DNA of 64,000 bases. It comes from an uncultured delta proteobacterium (GTDB lineage: Bacteria; Desulfobacterota; Desulfomonilia; UBA1062). Numbering within the stretch: position 1 is the first letter of the stretch; the number at the start of each line of letters is the position of its first letter. The stretch spans positions 288,001-352,000 of the forward strand of contig CAWAUM010000003.1 in the NCBI GenBank assembly GCA_963785235.1. Direction: 5' to 3'. The notes under the pieces are model-generated. The model did no database searches. It worked only from the letters and a program-made list of their open reading frames with translations, and was not told where the DNA came from. The position numbers and the translations under genes are program-made. Below are positions 41,598 through 52,102 of this stretch, piece after piece.

Positions 41598-41610
41598 ATC
41601 TTCCTCCTTT

Positions 41611-41847
41611 TCAATCCTTTATGAGATTCTCAATCTCTGCGGGCGTCAAAACCTTGCCCACCACCTTCACCTTGCCGTCCACGGCAAGTGCCGGAGTCAT
41701 CATGACGCCGAACTTCATGATCTGGTTTATGTCCGTGACCTTTTCGATCTCGTATTCAATCCCGAGCTTTTTCGCCGCCTCCTCGGTGTTGTGGGCGAGC
41801 TTGATGCACTTGGCGCATCCCGTTCCCAGGATCTGCAGTTTTTTCAT
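41611..41847 (-). CDS. Small redox-active disulfide protein (thioredoxin-like)
   Basis: ILGTGCAKC, GVMMTPALAVDG. Confidence 0.9.
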   Translation of the reverse strand: MKKLQILGTGCAKCIKLAHNTEEAAKKLGIEYEIEKVTDINQIMKFGVMMTPALAVDGKVKVVGKVLTPAEIENLIKD

Positions 41848-41861
41848 GATGCTCTCCTTTT

Positions 41862-43160
41862 TTAGAAAATGGTTCCGTACAGGAACCCTGATATGGTCGC
41901 CATGACGATGACCAGGCTTACGTACACAATGGTCTTGCCGGTCCCGATAACGGACCGGATCACGAGCATGCTGGGCAGAGAGACTGCAGGGCCGGCCAAG
42001 AGTAGTGCCAGGGCCGGGCCCTTGCCCATGCCCGAGCCCATAAGACCCTGGAGGATAGGTACTTCTGTCAATGTGGCAAAGTACATGAAAGCTCCGGCCA
42101 CTGAAGCAATGAAGTTCGCAAACAGGCTGTTACCACCAACCAGCGAACTGACCCACACCGAGGGGATGATGCCTTCATAACCGGGCCTGCCCAGCAGGAA
42201 GCCCGCCACCAGCACACCTGCGAAGAGGATGGGCACGATCTGCTTGGCAAAGCCCCAGGATCCGGTGAACCACTCCTGCATCTCCCCTTCCTGGGTGCTC
42301 GTGAGGTATGACAGGCCCACGATGCCTACGGCAAAGCCCACCATGGGCGTGTGCGGGAAGGCCAGGGAAAACACCGCGGTGATGCCCGCCACGGCAACCA
42401 CCTTCAGCACCGGCACCGCGAACCACGCCACGAGCATGACACCCAGGCCCACAGCGCTGATGGCGGTGATGATCCACTTGGACGCATAAACCAGGTGCCA
42501 GATCCCGGTCTCTGCCTGGGGTTTTCCCCAGTTGGCGAACACAAGCACCGCGATCATGGAGGCAAAGTACACAACATTCTGCCACAAAGGCCGCATGCCG
42601 TCTCCTTCGCCCAGCAACATCTGCGGTCCGTCCGTGTCTTTGCGCTCATGCCGGTATATCATGTGCATGATGAGCCCGATGATCACGCTGAAGGATATGG
42701 CGCCCACGGCCCGGGCAATGCCCAGCTCGATGCCCAGCACCCGGGCAGTGAGTATGATGGCCAGCACATTGATGGCAGGCCCGGAGTACAGAAAGGCCAC
42801 TGCCGGGCCAAGCCCGGCGCCCATGCGGTAGATGCCCGCGAACAGAGGCAGGATGGTGCAGGAGCACACGGCGAGAATGGTGCCCGACACCGACGCCACG
42901 CCGTAGGCGAGGATCTTCTTGGCATCCGCACCCAGATACTTCATCACCGTATTCTGGGACAGGAAAACCCCGATAGCCCCTGCGATGAAGAAGGCAGGCA
43001 GCAGGCACAGGATGACGTGTTCCTGCGCATAGGACTTGGCAAGGTACAGGCCTTCGAGTACTGCATTGTTAAAGCGGGGTATGCCCACCGGGAGGTAGAA
43101 TAGCGCCAGGAAGGCGCCCATGAGCCCTGCGAGCCATTTCCATTCGTCTTTCCAGTTCAT
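41862..43160 (-). CDS. DUF318/ArsP-like permease
   Basis: AVCSCTILP, FLYSGPAIN, YFATLTEVP, LLAGPAVSLP. Confidence 0.88.
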   Translation of the reverse strand: MNWKDEWKWLAGLMGAFLALFYLPVGIPRFNNAVLEGLYLAKSYAQEHVILCLLPAFFIAGAIGVFLSQNTVMKYLGADAKKILAYGVASVSGTILAVCSCTILPLFAGIYRMGAGLGPAVAFLYSGPAINVLAIILTARVLGIELGIARAVGAISFSVIIGLIMHMIYRHERKDTDGPQMLLGEGDGMRPLWQNVVYFASMIAVLVFANWGKPQAETGIWHLVYASKWIITAISAVGLGVMLVAWFAVPVLKVVAVAGITAVFSLAFPHTPMVGFAVGIVGLSYLTSTQEGEMQEWFTGSWGFAKQIVPILFAGVLVAGFLLGRPGYEGIIPSVWVSSLVGGNSLFANFIASVAGAFMYFATLTEVPILQGLMGSGMGKGPALALLLAGPAVSLPSMLVIRSVIGTGKTIVYVSLVIVMATISGFLYGTIF

Positions 43161-43188
43161 GTCCCGACCTTCTTTCTCGTGGTATGAA

Positions 43189-43539
43189 TCACTTCCTGAT
43201 GCAGCATGCGATCTTCATGTGCTCGTCCGCCATATCACACACGGCCTGGTCCACACAGGAAAGCATGGAGAGAAGGCAAGGCATCTTGTTGGAGTAATAC
43301 ACATTGAGCCCCTCCTTCCTCGTTGCCACGAGCCCGGCATTCCGGAGCACTGCCAGGTGGCGCGAGGTGTTCGCCTCCTTTTCTCCAAGCATGGTTACGA
43401 GTTCGCCAACTGTCTTTTCACTCCCGGCAAGGGCCTCGAAGACCCGCACCCTCACCGGGTGCGCCAGGGCCTTTAAGATGTCCGCCTTCTTCTGTGCCGC
43501 TTCCATGTCTCTTTGCATATGCTGTGCATGTTCAGACAT
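43189..43539 (-). CDS. arsR: ArsR/SmtB family metalloregulator
   Basis: KALAHPVR, TVGEL, SRHLAVLRNAGLV, C-terminal CC. Confidence 0.88.
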   Translation of the reverse strand: MSEHAQHMQRDMEAAQKKADILKALAHPVRVRVFEALAGSEKTVGELVTMLGEKEANTSRHLAVLRNAGLVATRKEGLNVYYSNKMPCLLSMLSCVDQAVCDMADEHMKIACCIRK

Positions 43540-43568
43540 TATCCTTGCTCCTTTATTTACTATATTAC

Positions 43569-43597
43569 CTTTTAGTAAATTACTTTACTGATGTCAA
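43569..43597 (-). promoter_or_regulatory. arsR promoter with inverted-repeat operator
   Basis: TTGACA (43597-43592) -17- TAAAAG; AGTAAA-N4-TTTACT (43574-43589) in the spacer. Confidence 0.55.
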
Positions 43598-43704
43598 GGC
43601 CGTTTTCCCTGAAGGAAGACCTGATTCTTCGGTACTGTCTGTCCTTGATCCTTGCCACAATCCATGGGATAAGCCGGGAATGAACTGAAAGGGGGAGGAT
43701 ACAC

Positions 43705-44265
43705 ATGAACGAGACGGCCCTCATTATCGTTGATCTCCAGAATGACTACTTCCCGGGCGGCGCCATGGAACTCTCGGGCATTGAACAGGCTTCCTTTAAT
43801 ACTACGAGAATCCTTCAGCACTTCCGATCCTCCGGCCGGAGCGTGCACCACATCCGCCATATATCCATCCATGAAGGGGCAACCTTTTTCCTTCCCGGCA
43901 CACAGGGCTCTGAGATCCATGCAGCCGTGAAGCCCTTGGAAGGTGAATCTGTTATCATAAAACACTTTCCCAACAGCTTCCTGGGTACTGAGCTAGAAAA
44001 GGCACTGAAGGGACTATCCTTCAAACAGCTGATCATCTGCGGGGCCATGAGCCACATGTGCATCGATGCCACTACCAGGGCCGCCTTTGACCTGGGTTTC
44101 GGATGCATGGTGGCACATGATGCCTGCGCCACCAGGGACCTGGAGTTCCTGGGAAAAATCATCCCTGCCGCCCAGGTCCACGGCGCGTTCATGGCGGCTC
44201 TGAACGGCATCTATGCCCGGGTGATCTCCACCGAAGAGATCCTTGCATCATCAGGGGTGAGGTAG
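43705..44265 (+). CDS. Isochorismatase/cysteine hydrolase
   Basis: IVDLQNDYF, KHFPNSF, GAMSHMCIDAT. Confidence 0.92.
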   Translation: MNETALIIVDLQNDYFPGGAMELSGIEQASFNTTRILQHFRSSGRSVHHIRHISIHEGATFFLPGTQGSEIHAAVKPLEGESVIIKHFPNSFLGTELEKALKGLSFKQLIICGAMSHMCIDATTRAAFDLGFGCMVAHDACATRDLEFLGKIIPAAQVHGAFMAALNGIYARVISTEEILASSGVR

Positions 44266-44271
44266 GCCGGC

Positions 44272-45168
44272 ATGAAGCGTTTCACTTTCAAGAAGATCGA
44301 TGCCTTTGCTACCGAGCTGTCTTCAGGGAACCCGGCAGGATCCGTATACCTGAAAGATCACGAGGTGATCACTGCACAAGAGATGCAGCGGATAGCAACA
44401 GAGCTCAAGGGGTTTGTGAGCGAGGTGGGGTATGTGAAGCGTCGTGACGAGGCCGCCTTTGACCTTAAATACTACTCGTCTGAGCGGGAGGTGGATTTCT
44501 GCGGCCACGCCACAGTGGCCATCATGTATGATCTCCTCCGGAACAGCCCGGACTCGATGGACACCCCCGTCATCACCATCAGAACGAACAAGGGCCTGCT
44601 CCTGGTGGAGAACAGGGTCCGAGAGGATGATGCCGTGTTCATTTCCGCCCCGGCCCCGGTCTTCTCTGAGCGGAAAACTCAGGGCAAAGAGATCGCCCTT
44701 TCCCTGGGCATTCACCCTGACGACATAAGCACCAGCTACCCTGTGGCCGTTGTCAATGCAGGCCTCGAAACCCTCATCGTGCCCATAAAGACCCTGGATG
44801 CAGTCCTTTCCATGACGCCCCATATTGAAACGGCCAGGGATTTCTGCCGGGAAAACGCCATTGACATAATAACGGTGTTCACCGATGAGACCTCCGAAAG
44901 CATCCATCCCTACCGTACACGGGTGTTCGCCCCCACCTTCGGGTACCTGGAAGACCCGGCCACGGGGTCTGGCAATGCGGCATTGGGGTCCTATCTCCTG
45001 GAGAACGACCGGTGGGACGGCACCTGCCTCTCCCTGGAACAAAACGCCGAGCTGCACAGGCCGAACATCGTAAGGATCGAGGCCCGGCATGAAGCCGGCC
45101 GCAAGCCGCGAGTCCTTTTCGGCGGCAGCGCCATGGTGAGGATAGAAGGGGAGTATATCCTGGCATGA
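44272..45168 (+). CDS. PhzF family isomerase
   Basis: DAF..GNPAG, EVDFCGHAT, EDPATGSG. Confidence 0.92.
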   Translation: MKRFTFKKIDAFATELSSGNPAGSVYLKDHEVITAQEMQRIATELKGFVSEVGYVKRRDEAAFDLKYYSSEREVDFCGHATVAIMYDLLRNSPDSMDTPVITIRTNKGLLLVENRVREDDAVFISAPAPVFSERKTQGKEIALSLGIHPDDISTSYPVAVVNAGLETLIVPIKTLDAVLSMTPHIETARDFCRENAIDIITVFTDETSESIHPYRTRVFAPTFGYLEDPATGSGNAALGSYLLENDRWDGTCLSLEQNAELHRPNIVRIEARHEAGRKPRVLFGGSAMVRIEGEYILA

Positions 45169-45191
45169 TGGGCATCCCCGTTGGATCTCAC

Positions 45192-45377
45192 ATGAAACTC
45201 ACTCAAAATGCGAACGACAAGTGCCTTCAGTGCCGGGCCTGCATGGACTGTGACGAGTTGCAATGCCTGTTCTACGGGCACGGTGATCCGGACGATTGCT
45301 GCATGGAAAAGTGTAAATACTGCATGGACTTTCTCAAGAAACAGCGGCTCTACATGAACAATGTAGGGATAGCTTAA
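45192..45377 (+). CDS. Small Cys-rich hypothetical protein
   Basis: CLQCRACMDCDELQC...CCMEKCKYC; start uncertain (45165 or 45192). Confidence 0.45.
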   Translation: MKLTQNANDKCLQCRACMDCDELQCLFYGHGDPDDCCMEKCKYCMDFLKKQRLYMNNVGIA

Positions 45378-45520
45378 GTCGGAGTTTTGCAATTGAACGA
45401 ACCCATATCGGTTTATAAGCCGTTAGCCCATGACCACCTTTAAGTCTTTTTTTATTCTGAGAAAAAATTGAACCGTTCAAGATGGATGAGTTCCCGTGGA
45501 ACTCATCTATCTTGAACGGT
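45374..45520 (+). repeat. Dispersed palindromic element copy D (23 bp arms 45472-45494 / 45498-45520, one G-T pair, 3 nt loop)
   Basis: ACCGTTCAAGATGGATGAGTTCC-CGT-GGAACTCATCTATCTTGAACGGT; left terminus TTAAGTCGGAGTTTTGCAATTGAA. Confidence 0.8.
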
Positions 45521-45630
45521 CTTAAGTAAAAGAATCCTTATAGGTCGGCTACAGGTCGTGGATCTACTAAGGAGTATGATAAGGGAGCATCGAACATGAA
45601 AGCCCGACCATGCTCCCTAAGCACTTTCCA

Positions 45631-47193
45631 TCAGTCAGCCCCGGGCTGAATCTTCCCGCCTGAGGCCGTATTCTTCATGAAGAGCACAAGTGGGATGAGG
45701 ATGACCATCATCCACGTAAGCAGATAGAATACGTCTGCAAAAGAGAGCATGGCAGCCTGCCTGACCATATTCTCGTACATGATGCCGAGTCCGCCATGAT
45801 CGGCCGAGGAAGGATCTATCCCTTTCTGCTGCAGGAGTGTGGCGCCCTGCTGGGCACGCAGTGCGTACATGGAATCATACGGGGTCAGCTGATCAATCAG
45901 ACGGGACTGGTGAAACTGGGACCTGCGGCTTACCATGGTCGTGACAATGGCAATCCCGATGCTGCCTCCAATATTTCTGACGAGATTGTATAAGGCGGTG
46001 GCATTGCCCATGTCTTCCTTTTTTATGCTGGCAATGGTCAGGGTGGTGAGCGGGATGAAGAGCATGCCCATGCCCACGCCCATGAAGATCCTGGGCCACA
46101 GAACGGTTGCGAAGTCCACTCCCAGGGTGAACCCGGCCATGAGGAGTGTGGAATATGCGGTGAAGAGTATTCCGACTATGACAAAAACCTTCGGGTTGTA
46201 CCGGTGGAGAAACCTGCCCACAAGGGGCATGGTTATCAGGTTCGCCACGCCACCGGGTGCCAGCACCAGGCCCGCCAGGCTCGCAGTGTAGCCCATGAGC
46301 GTCTGGAGATAGATGGGCAGCAGTACAAGCGTTCCGAAGAGGTTTGCCATGAAGACAAACATGGCAATGTTGCCAAGGGTGTAGGAGTAGTTCCTGAACA
46401 CACTCAGATCCACAATGGGCCGCTCGGCATAGCGCTCCACTGCGACGAACAGGGCGAGGGAGAATACCGCTATAAGCCCCAGGGCAATCATGATGTTTGA
46501 ATTGAACCAATCGAATCTCTGGCCCCGGTCAAGGAGGAGCTGGAGGCAGCCTACCCCAAGGCCGAGCAGGATGAGGCCCCAGTAGTCGATCTTCATCCGC
46601 ATGCCCTTCATGTACGGGGGGTCCACAATGACGAAGATCGCCATGATGACCGAGATGATGCCGATGGGGATATTGATGAAGAACACCCAATGCCAGGTGA
46701 GGACATCGGTGATCCACCCGCCGAGTACCGGACCGATGATAGGGCCAAAGCTGACACCGATGCCGAAGATAGCCATGGCTATGCCATACTGCTGGGGCGG
46801 GAAAGACTCGAGCAGGATCGCCTGGGATAGCGGTGGCATTGCCCCTCCGGAGAGACCTTGCAGGATCCTGAATACTATGAGGCTCTCTATGCTCCATGAG
46901 GCCCCGCACAGAAAAGAGCTCACCGTAAATGCCACGATGGAAAAGATAAGGTAGCGTTTGCGGCCGATAAGCCTGCTGATCCACCCGGTCATGGGGATGA
47001 TGACCGCATTTGCCGCCAGATATGCAGTGATGGACCAGGTGGCCTCGTCGATGCCTGCAGAGAGGCTCCCCCTTATATGGTCAAGGGAGACATTCACCAC
47101 CGAGGTGTCCAGGACGACCATGAGCATGGGGAGCATCACGGTGGATGCAACGAGCCACTTGTTCGGTTGGACCGGCGAGGAAGGGGCCATCAC
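45631..47193 (-). CDS. emrB: DHA2 family MFS efflux permease, EmrB-like
   Basis: LDTSVVNVSL, WSITAYL, GPVLGGWITD..WHWVFFINIPIG, RNIGGSIG. Confidence 0.9.
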   Translation of the reverse strand: MMAPSSPVQPNKWLVASTVMLPMLMVVLDTSVVNVSLDHIRGSLSAGIDEATWSITAYLAANAVIIPMTGWISRLIGRKRYLIFSIVAFTVSSFLCGASWSIESLIVFRILQGLSGGAMPPLSQAILLESFPPQQYGIAMAIFGIGVSFGPIIGPVLGGWITDVLTWHWVFFINIPIGIISVIMAIFVIVDPPYMKGMRMKIDYWGLILLGLGVGCLQLLLDRGQRFDWFNSNIMIALGLIAVFSLALFVAVERYAERPIVDLSVFRNYSYTLGNIAMFVFMANLFGTLVLLPIYLQTLMGYTASLAGLVLAPGGVANLITMPLVGRFLHRYNPKVFVIVGILFTAYSTLLMAGFTLGVDFATVLWPRIFMGVGMGMLFIPLTTLTIASIKKEDMGNATALYNLVRNIGGSIGIAIVTTMVSRRSQFHQSRLIDQLTPYDSMYALRAQQGATLLQQKGIDPSSADHGGLGIMYENMVRQAAMLSFADVFYLLTWMMVILIPLVLFMKNTASGGKIQPGAD

Positions 47194-47210
47194 GCGAAAG
47201 CCAAGGGCGG

Positions 47211-48310
47211 CTACTTTCTCACCGCAATGGTGGGCTGAACCGACATACCCACACGCAGGATGTGCTCCGGGTCAGTGGCCTTTTCCAGTATGATCTTCAC
47301 GGGAATACGTTGCACCACCTTCACGTAATTGCCCGTGGCGTTCTCAGGGGGGAACAGGGAGAAGACGCTCCCGGTCCCGGCCATTATGCTGTCGACCGTT
47401 CCTGAGAAGGTCTTGCCGGGATACATATCTACCTTGATCTGAACCTTCTGGCCCGGCCTTCACATTCGTAAGTTGCGTCTCCTTATAATTTGCAACAATC
47501 CATACATCCTTCAAGGGAACAAGCGCCATGAGCGGCTGACCCGCCCTGCACCTGGTTGCCGACCTCTACATTCTTCTTGGTGATGTAACCATCCGAGGGT
47601 GCATATATCTTCGTATACCCCTGCATCAGACTCGCCAAGGCCAGCACTTGCTTCTTCTGTTCCACGATGTACCCTTGAGACAGATAGGCTGCCTTGGACT
47701 GCCGGATAACGAGCTTCTGGGTCTCCAGTGATGCTAAGGCCTGCTTGATTTGCTCGCGGGCCGCATCAACCTGGGCCCTTGCAACATCGTAAGCCGTTGT
47801 TGCCTTCTCGAGTGTCGCCTCGGCAAAGATCCCTTTGTCATAAAGCTTCCTCGCCCTTACCAGATCCTGATTTGCCTGCTTCAGATTGGCTTCCTGCAAG
47901 GCCAGTGTCGCCCGGGCTGTATCGATCCTTGATTGTATCTCGTCAAGCTGCTTGCCTGCTACATCTACCCGTGCGGAGAGCTCAGAGAACTTTGATTGCT
48001 CTGAATCCACTGTTGCCTTGGCATCACTGACCTTTACATCATAATCCCTGCTGTCGATCTCCAGGAGGGGTGCCCCTTTTTTTACCAACTGGTTGTCATG
48101 AACATACACATCCTTTACCGTACCTGCTACCTTCGGGGCTATGGAGTGGATACTGCCCGTCACATAGGCATCATCAGTGGAGATATAATATTTTGTGTGC
48201 CTGATATAGAAATAGACCGCGACAATGATTATGAGTGCAATGATTCCGAATACGAAGAAGACTTTAGACTTGTTCGATTTAGCAAGACTGCCCGGCCCAT
48301 TTTCTTCCAT
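47211..48310 (-). CDS. emrA: HlyD/EmrA membrane fusion protein (two indels near 47452 and 47545)
   Basis: STDDAYV, IYAPSDG, WIVANYKETQL, PPENATGNYVKVVQRIPV spread over three frames. Confidence 0.85.
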
Positions 48311-48552
48311 GCACTCCTCCTTCAATGATGCTTCTGATGCGAGAGCCTTCTTGGAATCTGTTTGATTATTGCTGTTCAAGGCTGACTGATTTCTTTTTCC
48401 ATAGCATGATCTCATGGCAGCCAGTGAGAATTGTGTACTATGCCCAGCTTATTCCATTTCAGACAAATGATTTAAAACTGCGAATAACCGACATGTCCTG
48501 TTATTGTCAAGGGGTATCATTGTCGCATGATAAAATATCTCAGGGCTTTACA

Positions 48553-48698
48553 CTCAGATTATAGGTCAGTTCAAATACCCATAAATACTCGCATGCACTT
48601 CTAGTGGAACGCTAATTATATCAGTCCTGAAGGCTGCGATATTTAGGTTTTGAACGGAAAAAGGTTTTTACGACATCTTCAACGCAAAATCCGGAATT
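48553..48698 (+). repeat. Dispersed palindromic element copy E (degenerate left arm)
   Basis: Right arm GGCTGCGATATTTAGGTTTTGAACGGA, AGGTTTTTAC flank and GCAAAATCCGGAATT terminus; left arm with indels. Confidence 0.75.
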
Positions 48699-48842
48699 GC
48701 ACGAAATCCCTGACCACCTGCCCCATATAGGTAAGAAACTTTCAGCTGCCCTATTCCATCAGGGCGTAATCTTGTTATAATAGTATCCGTGTACATTACA
48801 TGTACTGTATTGGCACTTTAAGCCATTAACCCATGAGGTTGT

Positions 48843-50136
48843 ATGGAATCTGATGCATACACTGATCATTCCAAGTACCCGATTCTCGAGCACATAGCCG
48901 TGCCCGAAGACATGCGCACCGCATGGCAGGATATCGTTGACCTGATCTCCGAGATCTTCCAGGTCCCTGCGGCGCTGATCATGCGGGTGCATGAGCGCGA
49001 CATCGAGGTGTATGTCCAAAACCGGGTACCAGCCACCCCTACAAGTCCGGACATAAGGAACTACTGGGCATGGGTCTCTACTGCGAAACCGTAATGGACA
49101 ACCGCGCCACGCTGCTCGTTCCTGATGCCACGAAAGACCCTGCATGGGATCATAACCCCGACATCGCTCGCGGCATGATCTCATACCTGGGCATGCCTAT
49201 CACCTGGCCGGCCGGTGAGATCTTCGGGACCATCTGCGTGCTGGACACAAAGGAGAACCGCTATACAGAGCACCTCACAAGGCTCCTGGAGAAGTTTTCC
49301 CGGCTCATCATGTCCGACCTCCACATACTCTGGTCTTCATTGGAGCTTGAAAATGCCAATCACGAGCTTCAAGCGCTGAACGAGGAGATGAACCAGTTCA
49401 TGGGGATAGCGGCCCACGACCTGAGAAGTGCACTGAACGTGCTGCTGGGATGCAGCAATTACCTCCTTCCCAAGGATTCGGAGAATCTTTCAAACAAAGA
49501 ACGCACATACCTGAACCTCATCAGAAAATCCTCCTCCACCATGCTCAGGCTCATGGACGAGCTCCTGGACATCGCCCGGATAGACACCATGCGCCTTCCC
49601 CTTACCCTTGAAGAAACTGACTTCTCCGTGCTTATTGGCGAAAATATTCAGTTCAACCAAGCCCTTGCCGAGGCAAAGGGCATCCAGATAAACCTCCTGA
49701 CACCTCCGACGCCTGTAACGGGTAAAACTGGACCCGGGCAAGATCGAACAGGTGCTCAACAACCTCCTGTCCAACGCCATCAAGTACTCACCCTTCGGAT
49801 ACCACCATCATGGTTTCTGTTGACCAGACCCCTGATGAAATAATCGTTTCGATCCGCGACCAGGGACCCGGCATACCTAGTGAAGAACAGCAAGACCTGT
49901 TCAATCCATTCCGGACCACGAGTATCAGACCTGCCTCAGGCGAACCCAGTACCGGCCTGGGGCTGTACATAGCCAGAAGGATCGTAGAGGAACACGGCGG
50001 CCGGATCTGGGTTGAAAGCGATACCGGCAAAGGCTCAGCCTTCTCTTTCACGCTGAAACATTTACTCGCTAAGGCATTGAAGAAAAAGGCGGCAAGGCCC
50101 TATGCCCGCATGAAAATCAAAGAAACAACCAAGTAG
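48843..50136 (+). CDS. GAF-domain sensor histidine kinase (several indels)
   Basis: [28 protein letters not shown]; H-box AAHDLR; [10 protein letters not shown]; DQGPGI, GLGLYIA. Confidence 0.8.
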
Positions 50137-50174
50137 CCTTTTCCCTTAATTGAAGTCAGAATAACCAATAAACC

Positions 50175-52086
50175 TTAAAGCTCTTCCGGGGTAACGAGTG
50201 ACGTGACTTTCTCGGTGAGATACTTGGGATTGCCTTCTTTGGGCAGCCAGATGCTGACCTGTGTTAAAGGCTTCTTCATCCTGGCCATCCAGCCACCGAG
50301 CTGCTGGGGTTTGAGTGAGATACAGAAGAGCTCGTTCCATGAGTTCATGTAGAGCACATCCACCTCAGCTATGGAATGGAGGATGTCAGGGCGTTCCATG
50401 TTCGCTATGATAACTACATGTTTGGCATATTTGTCTTCCATGAGAGATGCCCGGTCAAGGCCGATGGAACTGGCATCCGGAATCAGGGAGTTAAGCTTCC
50501 ACAGCAGTGATTGAATGTCATAGAGTACTACCTTGGATACATTGGGGATCATATGGAAGGCAGTGGATGCGTCAAATCGCTTGTTGTATACAAGCCATGC
50601 CAGGATATTGGCCACCCTTTCGGATTCCATGACAGGCGAACCCTTGCCTGTCTCGGGGGAACTCTCATATATGGTCCATGCCTTGTTATTATAGGTAAAG
50701 AATAGGTCCCGATATGCCGGTTCCTTCCTTTTCACCCGCTTTTCAGACTCGATTTTGCCCTCTTTCGATACATAAAAGGCCTCTACCCTCCTCCTGAGAA
50801 CCTCCACCTCGATATCTTCGTTAAGAACCGTATTGCTGATGTATGACTTGGCCCTGCGAATGAGCTGTACCGTGGTCAGTTTCAGGAAACCATGGATATC
50901 GTCGCCGAACTTGCGGTATTTTTCCACCCCCCATTCGGAGAATTCATTCAACTCCTTGATGGTTTTCAGTGACCAGCCCCATGACTTCACGATGTCCACC
51001 ATAATGGATGCCTTGTCATCACGCTCCAGCTTGTAAAGATCAGCACTGCGGATATTGGGGTTCACCTTCAGGTAAAAACACTTTCTGAGCAGATCTATCG
51101 TTCTATCATCACCCTTGGCATGGTAATAGTCCTCTACACGGCGCAGCACCTGATAATATGGATCGATGATATCATGGCCTTTGGCATAGAATACATTGTG
51201 CTTGAGGATATTGCATAAAAGCATGCCTTTTGATGAGGCTTCCAGATAGCTGGCAACAAGCGCCATCTTGAGGACCGATTTCAGGGGATCATCCAGGGCC
51301 TTGTGCATCTGCCACAATGCTGCACCCAACAGCTCCTGTTCAGGTATGAATTCAACATCACCAAGATCAATGCACTCCTCTTCATTCGTGACCGTGCGCG
51401 ATCGGCTTAGCGAGCCCATCTGAGCGGATGATCCGTCTCTCTGCTCCGGTTGCACAATCCACCACAGCGGCACCCGTCCTTCAATCAAGGTCAGGGTGCG
51501 GTAAAACTCTTCTTTCAGTATGGACTTCAAGGCAGACCCGGAACCCTCCTGCGAAACAGAGCCAAAATTGTTGGCCCTGATGTCCTTAAGGTCCATGAGG
51601 AAGAAGTGTATGTCCAGAACGTACTTACCCGTTATCCAACGCCTGAGTATCTTCAGCTTGCTACTAAGGATCTTTAGCCTTTCGGGCTCGATACGCTGGG
51701 CATCAACCACTACCCAGATATCATAATCCGATTCTCTTGTCTGGGCAAGACTGCCCACGCTTCCGATGGTAAAGAGCCCTTCAATCTCCAGCTGCCGCGG
51801 CATATAATTCTGCATCCTGCCGAGGTTAACCCTGGAGGCAAGATACGACCCTATGTCCCTGCAGCGTCTGTGAAGGCCACTCCATATATTTTATGCCGCA
51901 TGGACAGTTCTCTTGCTCCACGTAGCCTGGAAGGCTCGGATGATTAATATGAATAAGCAGGGGTAGAAGCTCAAGAATGACCCGCGCGCCCGCAGGATCA
52001 CACTTGCGCATGATGTCCTTCTTGTAGCGGTTGTAGCTTGTAAAGGCCCTCAGGCCGATTGAAACACTTATATCAAGATGCCTCAT
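50175..52086 (-). CDS. cyaA: Class I adenylate cyclase (split by indel near 51830)
   Basis: LLPLLIHINHPSLPGYV, IGSVGSLAQT..SDYDIWV, LKEEFYRT, ALWQMHKAL..PLKSVLKM. Confidence 0.85.
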
Positions 52087-52102
52087 CTATTTGTTTATCG
52101 CA

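Noticed and set aside
40740-41847. Selenocysteine readthrough in the redox genes
   Set aside because: All CxxC motifs use Cys codons; no in-frame TGA at those positions
45582-45618. AGGGAGCAT...ATGCTCCCT hairpin as another element copy
   Set aside because: Lacks the CCGTT boundary; at most a weak terminator for emrB
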